This document shows positions 8,963-19,701 of a DNA stretch of 64,000 nucleotides, piece after piece; the first letter of the stretch is position 1; each line of letters starts with the position of its first letter. A program made the translations under genes and the position numbers. The notes under the pieces were generated by a model. It was given only the letters and a program-made list of their open reading frames with translations, was not told the DNA's origin and searched no databases. Source of the DNA: Bacteroidetes bacterium ADurb.Bin217 (GTDB lineage: Bacteria; Bacteroidota; Bacteroidia; Bacteroidales; UBA1715); the NCBI GenBank assembly GCA_002069975.1, contig MWCJ01000005.1, positions 2,497 to 66,496 of the forward strand, written 5' to 3'.

Positions 8963-10165
8963 TTATTTTGGCAAACCAAATGTATCCATTATAAAATCAA
9001 TATCTTTATCGCCTCTTCCACTTAAATTTACAAGGATTGACGATTGTGGATATTTCTGTGCAAGTTTAAGTGCATATGCTACTGCATGCGAACTTTCTAA
9101 TGCAGGAATAATTCCTTCTAAACGGCTTAATTCATAAAACGCATCGATACATTCCGTATCGTTAATTACATCATAATTCACTCGTTTAATGTCTTTTAGC
9201 ATTGAATGTTCGGGACCTACTCCCGGATAATCTAAACCACTGGCAACCGAATACACCGGCGAAGGCTCACCATTTTCGTCTTGTAAAGTATAACATTTAA
9301 ATCCATGAATTATTCCCGGAGTTCCAAACGACATTGTTGCAGCATGGTCGCCCAAATTCATAGAACGTCCACCCGGCTCTACACCATAAATTGCTACTTC
9401 TTCGTCGTCTAAAAATGCTGAAAATATTCCCATAGCATTACTACCTCCGCCTACACAAGCTACTACACTATCGGGTAATTCACCGGTCATTTCCATATAT
9501 TGCTCACGTGCTTCAATACCTACTACACGTTGAAAATCGCGAACCATCATAGGGAACGGATGCGGTCCAACAACAGAACCTATACAATAAATAGAATTAA
9601 TAGGATCTTTAAGATATGCCTCAAATGCTGAATCTACAGCTTCTTTTAATGTTTTAAGACCATGACTTACCGGAACTACTGTTGCTCCAAGTATTTTCAT
9701 ACGTACGACATTAGGATGTTCTTTTGCAATATCTACTTCGCCCATATGTATTTCGCACTCCAAACCAAAATATGCAGCTGCTGTTGCAAGAGCAACCCCG
9801 TGTTGTCCGGCACCTGTTTCGGCTATCAATTTCTTTTTACCAAGATATTTTGCAAGTAACGCTTCACCCATACAATGGTTAAGTTTATGAGCTCCGGTAT
9901 GATTTAAATCTTCGCGTTTTAAATATATACGACCACCATATTTTTGCGACAACCTGTTGCAATAATATACAGGCGTAGGACGTCCTTGATAATGTTTACG
10001 AATACTTCGTAATTCATTTATAAAATCATGCGATTTACTAATTGTAAAATACGCATCGGTAATTTTTTTCATTTCGCTTTCTAACACAGGTGGTATAAAA
10101 GCACCACCGTATTCATTGAAAAATCCATCTTTATTAGGATATGTTTTAAAATAATTGTGTGACAT
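8963..10165 (-). CDS. trpB: Tryptophan synthase beta chain (stand-alone)
   Basis: 400 aa with [11 protein letters not shown] (PLP lysine), [16 protein letters not shown] and GGGSNAMG, which are TrpB signatures. No trpA or other trp genes lie nearby. Confidence 0.85.
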   Translation of the reverse strand: MSHNYFKTYPNKDGFFNEYGGAFIPPVLESEMKKITDAYFTISKSHDFINELRSIRKHYQGRPTPVYYCNRLSQKYGGRIYLKREDLNHTGAHKLNHCMGEALLAKYLGKKKLIAETGAGQHGVALATAAAYFGLECEIHMGEVDIAKEHPNVVRMKILGATVVPVSHGLKTLKEAVDSAFEAYLKDPINSIYCIGSVVGPHPFPMMVRDFQRVVGIEAREQYMEMTGELPDSVVACVGGGSNAMGIFSAFLDDEEVAIYGVEPGGRSMNLGDHAATMSFGTPGIIHGFKCYTLQDENGEPSPVYSVASGLDYPGVGPEHSMLKDIKRVNYDVINDTECIDAFYELSRLEGIIPALESSHAVAYALKLAQKYPQSSILVNLSGRGDKDIDFIMDTFGLPK

Positions 10166-10389
10166 ACATTTTTAGATTTTAAGAAATTTAGGTAAAAATA
10201 CAAAAACAATCTATTTAGAGTTATGTAAAAGGTAAAATTTTAAGTAAAAATATTTCATGTCTAATGAAAATTGAAAATTATACACATATATAAGTGTACA
10301 GAGATAGGTTTTGAACTTTGAATCGTTGGTTACATGCAAATTCATTGTTTTTTTATCTACACCTATTTTGCTTTGTCAAAATCTAAGTG

Positions 10390-10397
10390 TATATTTG
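10390..10397 (+). promoter_or_regulatory. Bacteroidota -7 promoter box
   Basis: TATATTTG lies about 29 nt upstream of the ATG at 10426. Confidence 0.4.
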
Positions 10398-10425
10398 ATT
10401 TTTAGAAAAACGTTTATTATAACAT

Positions 10426-12417
10426 ATGTTCCGTAAAATTTTCTTTGTTTGTTTCGCATTATTGTGTTTGCAACTTACTATGTATGGTCAAGATGCACTT
10501 ACAAGAGCAGATATGGCATTTGCCGCAAACGAATACAGTTTTGCCATAACCTACTATAAAAGTGTATTTAATAAACTCGAAAACGATACTGAAACAAAAG
10601 CTCGTATAGCTTATAATATAGGCTTGTGTAACAAACGAATTTCGAAACCGCTCGATGCACAATTATGGCTCGAAAAAGCAATAGAATTAAAACATCAAGA
10701 TCCGGCAGTGTTTTTACATGTAGCCGATGTCCTTCGTATGAACGAACAATTCGACAAAGCAATAGAATACTATAATCAATATAAATTATTGGTACCTCGC
10801 GATGTATTGGCCGACAAAGGCATAGAATCGTGTAAAATGGCAAAAACATGGTTAAAAGACCCTACTGAATATATTGTTACCAATCTTAATTATCTAAATT
10901 CTGAATTTACCGATTATAGCCCATATTTTGTATTCGACGGCTCCAAAAATTCTATCTATTTTTCATCGTCGCGAACAAATGCTATGGGCGATAAAACACA
11001 TGGTGGAAGCGGTCAGAGTTTTGCCGATATTTTTATTACACACGAGGATGCTAAAGGAGCTTGGAGTTTTCCGGCACCTATTACCGATGCTATAAATTCT
11101 GAACACGAAGAAGGTACACCAAGTTATTCAACAGCAACTAAATCATTGTTTTTTACTCGATGTACGTATCACGAAAATGCAGCTTCGTTATGTAATATAA
11201 TGGAGTCAAAACTAGTAGACAAAACGTGGATAAAAGCAGAATTACTCAATGTAAGTGATATTAAACGCGATACTTCTGATTATGTGCATCCAGCAATTTC
11301 TAAAAACGGATTGGCACTCTATTTCGCATCAAACCGAATGGGTGGTTTTGGCGGATACGATATTTGGCTGTGCACTCGCTTAAGCATTAAAGACCCTTGG
11401 AGCAAACCTAAGAATGCCGGAAATGTTGTAAATACTCCCGGCGATGAAGTGTTTCCATATTTACGAAACGATAGTATTTTATACTTTTCGTCGAATGGAC
11501 ATGTGGGTATGGGAGGTTTAGATATATTTCGAATAAATCGCGATGCAAAAGGTAGAGAATATGTATTGAATTTACTACCTCCTATAAACTCAACATTTGA
11601 TGATTATGGGATAAGTTTTCGCACCGAACTAAAAGAAGAAGGATATTTTACTTCGAACAGAAGTAAAGGCAGTAAAGGATTTGATGATATTTATCATTTT
11701 GCTCTCCCTATACTAACATATTCTATTAGCGGAAAAATTATAAATGAATTAACCGATTCTCCAATACCGTATGCAAATGTTCGTCTTATTGGAAGCGATG
11801 GTTCGTCATTAGAATTATTTTCGGATACCGAAGGTAATTATGCGTTTAGCTTGAATCCTCAAACCAATTATGTTATTATAGCTATTCACGATGGCTTTTT
11901 AAATTCTAAATATAAAATTTCTACCTATGGATTGCAAAAAGATAAAACATTTGATGTAAATTTATATATGACACAAATTGATATTCCGGTAGAAATCCCC
12001 AACATTATGTACGATGTAAACCGTTGGGAATTACGTCCCGAATCTATAGTGGCATTAGAAAAATTACTCGATATTTTACGCGACAATCCACATATTATTA
12101 TAGAATTAAGTTCGCATACCGATTATAGAGTTGGAAGAATTTCGAACGAGGAACTTTCGCAACTTCGAGCACAATCGGTTGTGAATTTTTTAATTGCAAA
12201 AGGTATAAGCCCTAACCGTTTGGTAGCCAAAGGATATGGAGCTACGCGACCTAAAAAAATTGATTTAAAGTATTCGGAATTATATAGTTTCTTAAAATTA
12301 GGTGATGTGCTAACACCCGAATATATAGAAAGTTTACCCGAAACTCATCGCGAAACATGTCATCAAATTAACCGACGAACGGAATTTAGAGTTATATCAA
12401 CTGAATTTAAAAATTAA
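10426..12417 (+). CDS. OmpA-family outer-membrane/peptidoglycan-associated protein with TPR and TolB-like (PD40) repeats
   Basis: Signal peptide, TPR-like N-terminus, repeated PD40-like YFSS/YFAS segments, and a C-terminal OmpA_C domain (ELSSHTDYRV...SQLRAQSVVNFLIAKGI...GYGATRP). Confidence 0.8.
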   Translation: MFRKIFFVCFALLCLQLTMYGQDALTRADMAFAANEYSFAITYYKSVFNKLENDTETKARIAYNIGLCNKRISKPLDAQLWLEKAIELKHQDPAVFLHVADVLRMNEQFDKAIEYYNQYKLLVPRDVLADKGIESCKMAKTWLKDPTEYIVTNLNYLNSEFTDYSPYFVFDGSKNSIYFSSSRTNAMGDKTHGGSGQSFADIFITHEDAKGAWSFPAPITDAINSEHEEGTPSYSTATKSLFFTRCTYHENAASLCNIMESKLVDKTWIKAELLNVSDIKRDTSDYVHPAISKNGLALYFASNRMGGFGGYDIWLCTRLSIKDPWSKPKNAGNVVNTPGDEVFPYLRNDSILYFSSNGHVGMGGLDIFRINRDAKGREYVLNLLPPINSTFDDYGISFRTELKEEGYFTSNRSKGSKGFDDIYHFALPILTYSISGKIINELTDSPIPYANVRLIGSDGSSLELFSDTEGNYAFSLNPQTNYVIIAIHDGFLNSKYKISTYGLQKDKTFDVNLYMTQIDIPVEIPNIMYDVNRWELRPESIVALEKLLDILRDNPHIIIELSSHTDYRVGRISNEELSQLRAQSVVNFLIAKGISPNRLVAKGYGATRPKKIDLKYSELYSFLKLGDVLTPEYIESLPETHRETCHQINRRTEFRVISTEFKN

Positions 12418-12429
12418 ACTGTTAGTATT

Positions 12430-13155
12430 ATGAAACTGCTTGCAAACACTTTAGTATGTATACTGCTTGTAATATGCTCGCAGGGAGCATTTTCGCAAGA
12501 TATTATTATTTTGAAAACCGGTGATGAAATTACAGCAAAAGTAGAAGAAATAAAGCCCGACGTAGTGTCATATCGTAAGTTCGAAAATTTACAAGGCCCG
12601 TTGTATACCATTGAGAAGAACAAAATATTTATGATTAAATATGCGAACGGCAGCAAAGATGTGTTTACCGAACAATCGGAAACACCAACGCCTCAGCAAC
12701 ACGTTCAAACAACACCTCAACCGGCACCTGTTCAATCTGTTCCTAAACCTACAATTGCAGAACTCCCGGTAACATTAGAATATTGGAATGGCGGAAAAAT
12801 CAGAAAAAATAATATTACTCTTAGTTTAACGCAAGTTAAAGATATTATGAGACCATATCCCGAGGCCTTTTCGCTATATACATCGGGGCGAAGTTTAAAA
12901 ATCACAGGCGACGTGTTCGAAGCGGTAGGCTATGTATTTGTTATTTCTGCTTTGGTTAACAGCCTAAACGAAAACCAAGATACAGGCAGAGTCTCAGCAG
13001 GCTTTGCAGTAGCTTCATTAGGAACAAGTATAGTATTAGAGCTTATAGGAAAAAGCAACATTAAAAAATCGGTACGGACTTACAACGCAGCTATTAAACC
13101 AACTTCGCATTTATATATAAGTCCTGGTGGTATAGGATATTGCGTACGATTTTAA
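12430..13155 (+). CDS. Hypothetical secreted/membrane protein with a P/Q/T-rich linker
   Basis: Signal peptide (MKLLANTLVCILLVICSQGAFSQ), a small beta-rich N-domain, the linker TPTPQQHVQTTPQPAPVQSVPKPT, and a hydrophobic segment near the C-terminus. I recognise no family. Confidence 0.5.
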   Translation: MKLLANTLVCILLVICSQGAFSQDIIILKTGDEITAKVEEIKPDVVSYRKFENLQGPLYTIEKNKIFMIKYANGSKDVFTEQSETPTPQQHVQTTPQPAPVQSVPKPTIAELPVTLEYWNGGKIRKNNITLSLTQVKDIMRPYPEAFSLYTSGRSLKITGDVFEAVGYVFVISALVNSLNENQDTGRVSAGFAVASLGTSIVLELIGKSNIKKSVRTYNAAIKPTSHLYISPGGIGYCVRF

Positions 13156-13180
13156 AAAACCGTACGCAATTTTGTTTCTT
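13139..13180 (+). terminator. Rho-independent terminator at the end of the 12430..13155 gene
   Basis: ATTGCGTACG (13139..13148) and CGTACGCAAT (13161..13170) form a 10-bp stem with a 12-nt loop, followed by TTTGTTTCTT. Confidence 0.6.
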
Positions 13181-14411
13181 ATCCTTGTATATTTTGTAAC
13201 CGAGTCATAGCCTCTATTACATTTTCGCGAGCTGCAAATGCCGAAAATCTGAAGTACCCTTCACCGCTTGGTCCAAATCCTGACCCCGGTGTACCTACTA
13301 CTTGAATTTGCTCTAATAATTGATCGAAAAAATCCCACGATTTCATATTATTTTTTGTTTGAACCCATACATAGGGTGCATTTACACCGCCATATACTGT
13401 ATACCCTTGTTGTTCCAAACTTTGTTTCATAATTCGAGCATTTTCCAAATAGTACGCAATTACATCGTCTACTTGTTTTTTTCCTTCAGGGGTATAAATT
13501 GCAGCAGCAGCCTTTTGAACCGGATATGATGCTCCATTGAATTTGGTAGAATGTCGGCGGCTCCACAATGTTTTTAAACTTACATCTTCGCCTATTGAGT
13601 TTTTTGCAAATACTGTACTTGGTATTACAATGTATGCACAACGAACTCCGGTAAAACCTGCCTTTTTCGAAAAACTTCTAAACTCAATTGCACACGTTTC
13701 GGCACCTGGTATTTCGAAAATAGAATGAGGCACATTGCTTTCGGTAATATATGCTTCGTATGCAGCATCGTATAAAATTATGGCATTGTTAGCTTTCGCA
13801 TAGTCTACCCATTGTTGTAATTGTTGTTTGGTTGCTGTAGTTCCGGTAGGATTATTAGGATAACACAAAAATATGATATCAACTTTTTGTTTTGGCAATT
13901 CGGGGATAAAATTATTGTCTTTATTGCATGGCATATACACTATATTTTCGTAATAACCACTTGATTGCATTACACCTGTTCTGCCTGCCATTACAGAAGT
14001 ATCAACATACACAGGATATACAGGATCTTGCACGGCAATTATATTTTTCATACCAAATATTTCGAGAATATTACCTGTATCGCATTTTGAACCATCTGAT
14101 ATAAAAATATCATCGGCAGATATGTGTATACCATTATCTTGAAATTCATGTTTTGCAATAGCCTCGCGTAAAAATGCATATCCCTGTTCCGGTCCGTATC
14201 CTTTAAATGTATCGGATTGAGCCATTTCTGCAACACCTGCATGAAAAGCTTCGACAACTGCCGGCACCAATGGTTTGGTAACATCGCCAATACCCATTCG
14301 TATTATTTTTTTATCGGGATGCTTTGCTGCATAAGCATTTACACGTCTTCCTATTTCCGGAAATAAATATCCTGCTTGTAATTTTTCGTAATGTTCGTTA
14401 ATATATGCCAT
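13179..14411 (-). CDS. dapL: LL-diaminopimelate aminotransferase
   Basis: 410 aa. The N-terminus [23 protein letters not shown] and the [18 protein letters not shown]-lysine context are characteristic of DapL. Confidence 0.85.
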   Translation of the reverse strand: MAYINEHYEKLQAGYLFPEIGRRVNAYAAKHPDKKIIRMGIGDVTKPLVPAVVEAFHAGVAEMAQSDTFKGYGPEQGYAFLREAIAKHEFQDNGIHISADDIFISDGSKCDTGNILEIFGMKNIIAVQDPVYPVYVDTSVMAGRTGVMQSSGYYENIVYMPCNKDNNFIPELPKQKVDIIFLCYPNNPTGTTATKQQLQQWVDYAKANNAIILYDAAYEAYITESNVPHSIFEIPGAETCAIEFRSFSKKAGFTGVRCAYIVIPSTVFAKNSIGEDVSLKTLWSRRHSTKFNGASYPVQKAAAAIYTPEGKKQVDDVIAYYLENARIMKQSLEQQGYTVYGGVNAPYVWVQTKNNMKSWDFFDQLLEQIQVVGTPGSGFGPSGEGYFRFSAFAARENVIEAMTRLQNIQG

Positions 14412-14533
14412 AGTTTTATTTTTTATGCAAATATACTTGAAAGAGTATTATACACAAATTTCTTGATTTTTTTTCAGTAATATCTTTAGTAATTTTAAGT
14501 GAAACTCTTATAGTATTTCATTTGTAGCACATG

Positions 14534-14541
14534 TATTTTTG
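14534..14541 (+). promoter_or_regulatory. Bacteroidota -7 promoter box
   Basis: TATTTTTG lies 24 nt upstream of the ATG at 14565. Confidence 0.4.
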
Positions 14542-14564
14542 AAATCTATCAACATATTGATACT

Positions 14565-16127
14565 ATGGCAGATTTTTGTAAGAAAACGGGAGGCGAATGT
14601 TATGGTATTCGTGAATTAAATTTATTACTCGAAATAAGTGCTGTATTAAATAAACCTACACACGATTTAAAAAATAATTTACATATAGTAGTTGCACATT
14701 TGGCTGAGTATTTACATGCCGAGCGAGTTATTTTAACTATTTTAAACAGGACTAATTCACAAATATATATTGAAGTAGGATTTGGTCTTACCAAAGCAGA
14801 ACAAGGTAAAGGTACCTATAATATAGGTGAGGGAATAATAGGAAAAGTTGTAGAAACAGGTGTACCCATAGTGATACCGCGTATTCGCGACGACGATACC
14901 TATGTAAATAAAACCGGAACCGTATCGAATATTGCCAGTAAGGAAGTTTCGTTTATTTGCGTACCCATAAAAAACGAAAATGAAATTGTAGGTACACTTA
15001 GTATTCATAGGATTTATAATCGACATATCACATTTTCGGAAGATGCTCGAATACTTTCAATAATAGGTTCTATGGTTGCTCAATCGGTTCGAAATCGACA
15101 ACAATTACTTGAAGAAATAGAACATTTGCAAGACGAAAATCGATTGTTGCAAACTCAATTAAAAGAACGCATTTTACCAAAGGGTATCGTAGGAAATTCT
15201 AGTAAAATGTCGGAGGTATTTGATTTAATAGAGAAAGTTGCTCCTACCAATGCCACAGTTCTAATACGTGGCGAAAGCGGCGTAGGTAAAGAACTAATAG
15301 CCGACGCCTTGCATTTTGGAAGTGAACGTAAACATAAACCATTTATTAAAGTAAACTGTGCTGCATTGCCCGACAGTTTGATAGAAAGTGAACTGTTTGG
15401 TCACGAACGAGGTGCTTTTACCGGAGCTAACACCATACGTATAGGACGATTCGAAGCTGCCGAAGGGGGCACTATTTTTTTGGACGAAATTGGAGACCTG
15501 CCAGCCTCTACGCAAGTTAAAATGCTGCGTGTATTACAAGAACGAGAATTTGAACGTCTTGGTAGCTCCAAGCCTATAAAGGTTGATGTACGCATTATTT
15601 GTGCAACAAATAGAAATTTAGAAGAATTGGTCGAAAAGAATGAATTCCGCGAAGACTTATTCTATCGCATCAATGTATTTCCGTTATACATTCCGCCACT
15701 TCGCGAGCGAATAAACGATGTTCCGGCTTTAGCTGATTATTTTATTCAAAAATGTAATAAAAGCCACAATACTAAAATCAAACGAATTTCTTCGTCGGCT
15801 ATCGATATGCTAATGGTATACCATTGGCCGGGGAATATTAGAGAATTACAAAATTGCATAGAACGAGCTTGTATTCTAAGTACCGATGCAGTTATCCGTT
15901 CGCACAATTTGCCTCCTACACTTCAAACCTCCGAATCGTCGAAAACCAAGACCAAAGGCACACTCGATGCAATATTAGGAAATGTAGAAAAACAAATGAT
16001 ACAAGAAGCTTTACTGGCATCGCGCGGAAATATTGCTAAAGCAGCCGAATCACTTGGTATTACCGAACGAATTATGGGCATTCGACTCAAAACATATAGC
16101 ATTGACTCAAAACGATTTAAACAATAA
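14565..16127 (+). CDS. nifA: Sigma-54-dependent transcriptional activator, NifA-like (GAF, AAA+ and HTH domains)
   Basis: N-terminal GAF domain beginning [14 protein letters not shown], as in NifA. AAA+ core with GESGVGKE (Walker A), the sigma-54 contact loop ERGAFTGA, and [13 protein letters not shown]-terminal Fis-type [24 protein letters not shown]. There is no receiver domain. Confidence 0.75.
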   Translation: MADFCKKTGGECYGIRELNLLLEISAVLNKPTHDLKNNLHIVVAHLAEYLHAERVILTILNRTNSQIYIEVGFGLTKAEQGKGTYNIGEGIIGKVVETGVPIVIPRIRDDDTYVNKTGTVSNIASKEVSFICVPIKNENEIVGTLSIHRIYNRHITFSEDARILSIIGSMVAQSVRNRQQLLEEIEHLQDENRLLQTQLKERILPKGIVGNSSKMSEVFDLIEKVAPTNATVLIRGESGVGKELIADALHFGSERKHKPFIKVNCAALPDSLIESELFGHERGAFTGANTIRIGRFEAAEGGTIFLDEIGDLPASTQVKMLRVLQEREFERLGSSKPIKVDVRIICATNRNLEELVEKNEFREDLFYRINVFPLYIPPLRERINDVPALADYFIQKCNKSHNTKIKRISSSAIDMLMVYHWPGNIRELQNCIERACILSTDAVIRSHNLPPTLQTSESSKTKTKGTLDAILGNVEKQMIQEALLASRGNIAKAAESLGITERIMGIRLKTYSIDSKRFKQ

Positions 16128-16138
16128 ACGGCATAACT

Positions 16139-16627
16139 ATGAATAGTCAAACACCCTATGAAATATCGTTTTGCATGTGCGACTTTACTACAGATATTCA
16201 TGTAGCAAAACTTAAAGAACTTATTCGTCATTACATGACCGATGCCATGGGTGGTTGTAAACCTCTTTCGCAACACCAAGAACAAAACATGGTTACAGGA
16301 TTACAAAATCAAGCAAATTGTTTTGTATTATTTATTGAATACAACAGCGAAATTGTAGGCTTAGCTACATGTTTTATAAATTATTCAACATTCAAAGCAC
16401 AACCTTATATCAATGTACACGATATAGTAATACATAGTAGTATGCGTGGGAAACAATTGGGTAAATTACTGATGCAAAAAATTATAGAAATTGCACACCA
16501 TTACAATTGTTGTAAAGTTACTTTAGAAGTTCGTGAAGACAATATAGTAGCACAACGCATGTACAAACAATTAGGTTTTGCCGACACCAATCCTCCTATG
16601 CATTTCTGGACAAGAGTCTTAGAATAA
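16139..16627 (+). CDS. GNAT-family N-acetyltransferase
   Basis: 162 aa with an acetyl-CoA-binding motif (VHDIVIHSSMRGKQLGKLLM) and a C-terminal AQRMYKQLGF. Confidence 0.7.
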   Translation: MNSQTPYEISFCMCDFTTDIHVAKLKELIRHYMTDAMGGCKPLSQHQEQNMVTGLQNQANCFVLFIEYNSEIVGLATCFINYSTFKAQPYINVHDIVIHSSMRGKQLGKLLMQKIIEIAHHYNCCKVTLEVREDNIVAQRMYKQLGFADTNPPMHFWTRVLE

Positions 16628-16629
16628 TA

Positions 16630-17424
16630 CTACACAGACACCTCGCCTTTGATATGCGGATGTGGATCGTAGTCGCTTATGGTAATGTCTTCGTAAGTAA
16701 AATCAAAAATATTGGTAATAGCCGGATTAAGGGTAAGTTTAGGCAATGGGCGTACATCGCGTGTTAATTGCAGTTTACATTGCTCAATATGATTATTGTA
16801 TATATGTACATCACCAAACGTGTGTACAAAATCGCCAACACCTAACCCGCAGACTTGTGCTATCATATGTGTTAAAAGTGAATACGATGCTATATTAAAG
16901 GGAACACCCAAAAACAAATCGGCACTGCGTTGGTACAATTGACATGAAAGTTTACCATTGGCAACATAAAATTGAAATAGAATATGACAAGGCGGGAGAG
17001 CCATTTCGTCAATCATGCCTACATTCCATGCACTTAAGAGATGTCGACGCGAATCGGGATTGTTTTTAATAGAATCTATTAATTGCGAAATTTGGTCAAT
17101 ATGCCCACCTTTATAATTGGGCCACTTACGCCATTGATACCCATATACCGGCCCTAAATTGCCGTTTTCGTCTGCCCATTCGTCCCAAATACGTACTTTG
17201 TTATCTTTTAAATATTGAATATTTGTATCGCCTTTAAGAAACCATAACAATTCTATAAAAATTGAGCGAGTATGTAATTTTTTGGTAGTAAGCAAAGGGA
17301 ATCCGTCTTGCAAATTAAACCGCATTTGATGTCCAAACAAACTAACCGTTCCGGTACCCGTTCTATCGTGTTTTTGCACTCCTTCGTGTAAAACTTTTGA
17401 GAGCAAATCTAAATATTGCTGCAT
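16630..17424 (-). CDS. thyA: Thymidylate synthase ThyA
   Basis: MQQYLDLL...DRTGTGT, the PPCH active-site context ([12 protein letters not shown]) and [17 protein letters not shown]. The internal ATG at 17424 matches the family N-terminus, so the 13 upstream codons in the track ORF are probably not translated. Confidence 0.92.
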   Translation of the reverse strand: MQQYLDLLSKVLHEGVQKHDRTGTGTVSLFGHQMRFNLQDGFPLLTTKKLHTRSIFIELLWFLKGDTNIQYLKDNKVRIWDEWADENGNLGPVYGYQWRKWPNYKGGHIDQISQLIDSIKNNPDSRRHLLSAWNVGMIDEMALPPCHILFQFYVANGKLSCQLYQRSADLFLGVPFNIASYSLLTHMIAQVCGLGVGDFVHTFGDVHIYNNHIEQCKLQLTRDVRPLPKLTLNPAITNIFDFTYEDITISDYDPHPHIKGEVSV

Positions 17425-17602
17425 AGTAGAATTATTTATACAAACATACAAAAACTCACACAAAATATATCAAAACACAATACAATTTTTAGTGTACATC
17501 TATCTTCTTTGACATTCCTAACAGTAGAATCAAACTAACAATACATTTAACGTCAGCAGTAAAGAAAATTACAATCAAGCTCAATCTACATACAAAAATT
17601 TG

Positions 17603-17610
17603 TATATTTG
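17603..17610 (+). promoter_or_regulatory. Bacteroidota -7 promoter box
   Basis: TATATTTG lies 15 nt upstream of the ATG at 17625. Confidence 0.4.
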
Positions 17611-17624
17611 TAAAAACTTTTTGT

Positions 17625-18515
17625 ATGGCGAAAACTCAAATTCCAAGGAAACCCCGACAAAGAAAGAAGCGTATTGAAAAACTCCAAAATAAGTATCGCC
17701 TTATTATTTTCAACGACGAATCGTTTGCCGAAATTTATTCGTTTCGTCTTACCAAAATCAACTTATTTTTATTGTTTGGATTTGTCTCTATTTTTATGGT
17801 TACTTTAGTGTATTTGCTTATAGCATATACTCCTCTCAAAGAATATATTATTCCCGATTACCCAAAACTTGAAGAGCGCGAAAAAATTATTCAAAATACA
17901 ATTAAGGTAGATTCTCTTGAGCATCAATTACAACTGTACGACCAAAAATTGCAAATATTACATATGGTAATTAATGGCGATGAACCACCGCAATACATGA
18001 ACGAAATTCCCGATTCTGTAGATGACTTTTCGAACATTACATTCTCTCGCTCGCAAGAAGATTCGCTTATGCGTGCCGAAATTCAAGAGTTTGAAGCGTT
18101 AAATGTAAACTTCAAACCGGGAGCTGTTATAAACCCCAAATATGTAAGCATTTACTTTCATACTCCTGTACGAGGAACTGTTTCAAATACCTATTCACCC
18201 GAACAAAAACATTATGCTATAGATGTAGTAGCACCAAAAAATAGTGTAATTCATGCTGTATTGCCGGGTATTATTGTATTTAATTCGTGGACTGTAGAAA
18301 CCGGATATACCTGTATTATTCAGCACAGCAATAACTTTATTTCCGTTTATAAGCATAATTCAAAATTACTTAAAGAATCGGGCAGTAAAGTTGAAGCCGG
18401 CGATGGTATTGCAATAATTGGAAATACCGGCGAACTCACTACCGGTCCGCATTTACATTTCGAATTGTGGCACGAAGGAAAACCCGTAAATCCCCAAGAT
18501 TATATAGTGTTTTAA
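17625..18515 (+). CDS. M23 family metallopeptidase (LytM domain) with an N-terminal membrane anchor
   Basis: TM segment near residue 50. C-terminal HYAIDV...GNTGELTTGPHLHFELW, which is an HxxxD...HxH M23 signature. Confidence 0.8.
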   Translation: MAKTQIPRKPRQRKKRIEKLQNKYRLIIFNDESFAEIYSFRLTKINLFLLFGFVSIFMVTLVYLLIAYTPLKEYIIPDYPKLEEREKIIQNTIKVDSLEHQLQLYDQKLQILHMVINGDEPPQYMNEIPDSVDDFSNITFSRSQEDSLMRAEIQEFEALNVNFKPGAVINPKYVSIYFHTPVRGTVSNTYSPEQKHYAIDVVAPKNSVIHAVLPGIIVFNSWTVETGYTCIIQHSNNFISVYKHNSKLLKESGSKVEAGDGIAIIGNTGELTTGPHLHFELWHEGKPVNPQDYIVF

Positions 18516-18537
18516 TTGAAGTATTTAGTGTAATTGT

Positions 18538-19689
18538 ATGAAACGTGTCGCAATTTTAGGTTCCACCGGTTCCATAGGAACGCAAGCTTTAGAAGTAATA
18601 TCACAACACCCTGATGAGTTTTCGGTTGAAGTACTTACTGCTCACAACAATGCCGATTTACTTATAAAACAAGCAATTCAATTTCAGCCAAATACTGTAA
18701 TTATTTCGAACAAAGAAAAATATTCGTATGTACAACAGGCATTGGACTCGCATATGATTAAGGTCTTTGCCGGCGACCAAGCACTTGCTCAAGTGGTAGA
18801 AATGGATACTATAGATATAGTATTAGGAGCTTTGGTTGGTTATTCGGGATTATTGCCCATAATAAACGCTCTTAAACATGGAAAACCTGTAGCATTGGCA
18901 AATAAAGAAGTATTGGTGGTAGCAGGTCAACTAGTAAACAAACTCTCACACGAACATAATGCAGCTATTTTACCTGTAGATTCTGAACATTCTGCTATTT
19001 TTCAGTGTATGGCAGGAGAATTTGAATACAGTAATTCTATTGAAAAAATCTATCTAACAGCTTCGGGGGGACCATTTAGAGGATTTACCAAAGAACAATT
19101 GCAAACGGTAACCAAACAACAAGCTCTAAAACACCCGAATTGGGATATGGGAGCTAAAGTTACAATAGATTCTGCTTCGCTTATGAATAAAGGGCTGGAA
19201 ATGATAGAGGCAAAATGGCTGTTTGGTGTTGATTCTTCAAATATAGAAGTAGTGGTTCATCCACAATCTATTGTTCATTCGGCAGTGCAGTTTACCGACG
19301 GTTCTATAAAAGCTCAAATGGGTTTGCCCGATATGAAATTACCCATACAGTATGCATTGACGTATCCGCGTCGAATTCAGTCTCATTTTCCTCGTTTTAG
19401 TTTCTGGGATTATCCGCAACTTACATTTGAAAAACCTCAACCCGATAATTTCAGAAATCTATATTTGGCTTTCGAAGCTATTGCTAAATCGGGTAATATG
19501 CCTTGCATTATGAATGCTGCCAACGAAGTAGCGGTTCAGGCATTTTTACACGATAAAATCAGTTTCTTTGCTATGTCAAATCTTATAGAAAAAACCATGG
19601 AGCACATTTCGTTTATCCAAACGCCATCGCTCGATGAATATGTTCTGACTCACAACGAATCTATAGCCTATGCACAATCATTGTTATAA
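18538..19689 (+). CDS. dxr: 1-deoxy-D-xylulose 5-phosphate reductoisomerase
   Basis: ILGSTGSIGTQAL NADPH motif, LANKE, DSEHSAIFQC, NKGLE. Confidence 0.93.
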   Translation: MKRVAILGSTGSIGTQALEVISQHPDEFSVEVLTAHNNADLLIKQAIQFQPNTVIISNKEKYSYVQQALDSHMIKVFAGDQALAQVVEMDTIDIVLGALVGYSGLLPIINALKHGKPVALANKEVLVVAGQLVNKLSHEHNAAILPVDSEHSAIFQCMAGEFEYSNSIEKIYLTASGGPFRGFTKEQLQTVTKQQALKHPNWDMGAKVTIDSASLMNKGLEMIEAKWLFGVDSSNIEVVVHPQSIVHSAVQFTDGSIKAQMGLPDMKLPIQYALTYPRRIQSHFPRFSFWDYPQLTFEKPQPDNFRNLYLAFEAIAKSGNMPCIMNAANEVAVQAFLHDKISFFAMSNLIEKTMEHISFIQTPSLDEYVLTHNESIAYAQSLL

Positions 19690-19701
19690 ATTTTAGTGCA
19701 C

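Noticed and set aside
12414-12656. An 80-codon minus-strand ORF overlapping the start of the 12430..13155 gene.
   Set aside because: It is antisense to a signal-peptide-bearing ORF and has an odd composition and no motifs.
15700-15900. A Cys motif (C...NCIERAC, C-x4-C) in the NifA-like protein as the oxygen-sensing interdomain motif of rhizobial NifA.
   Set aside because: The spacing of the first Cys does not match the C-x11-C-x19-C-x4-C pattern. The ENCIERA-type segment is common to many sigma-54 activators.
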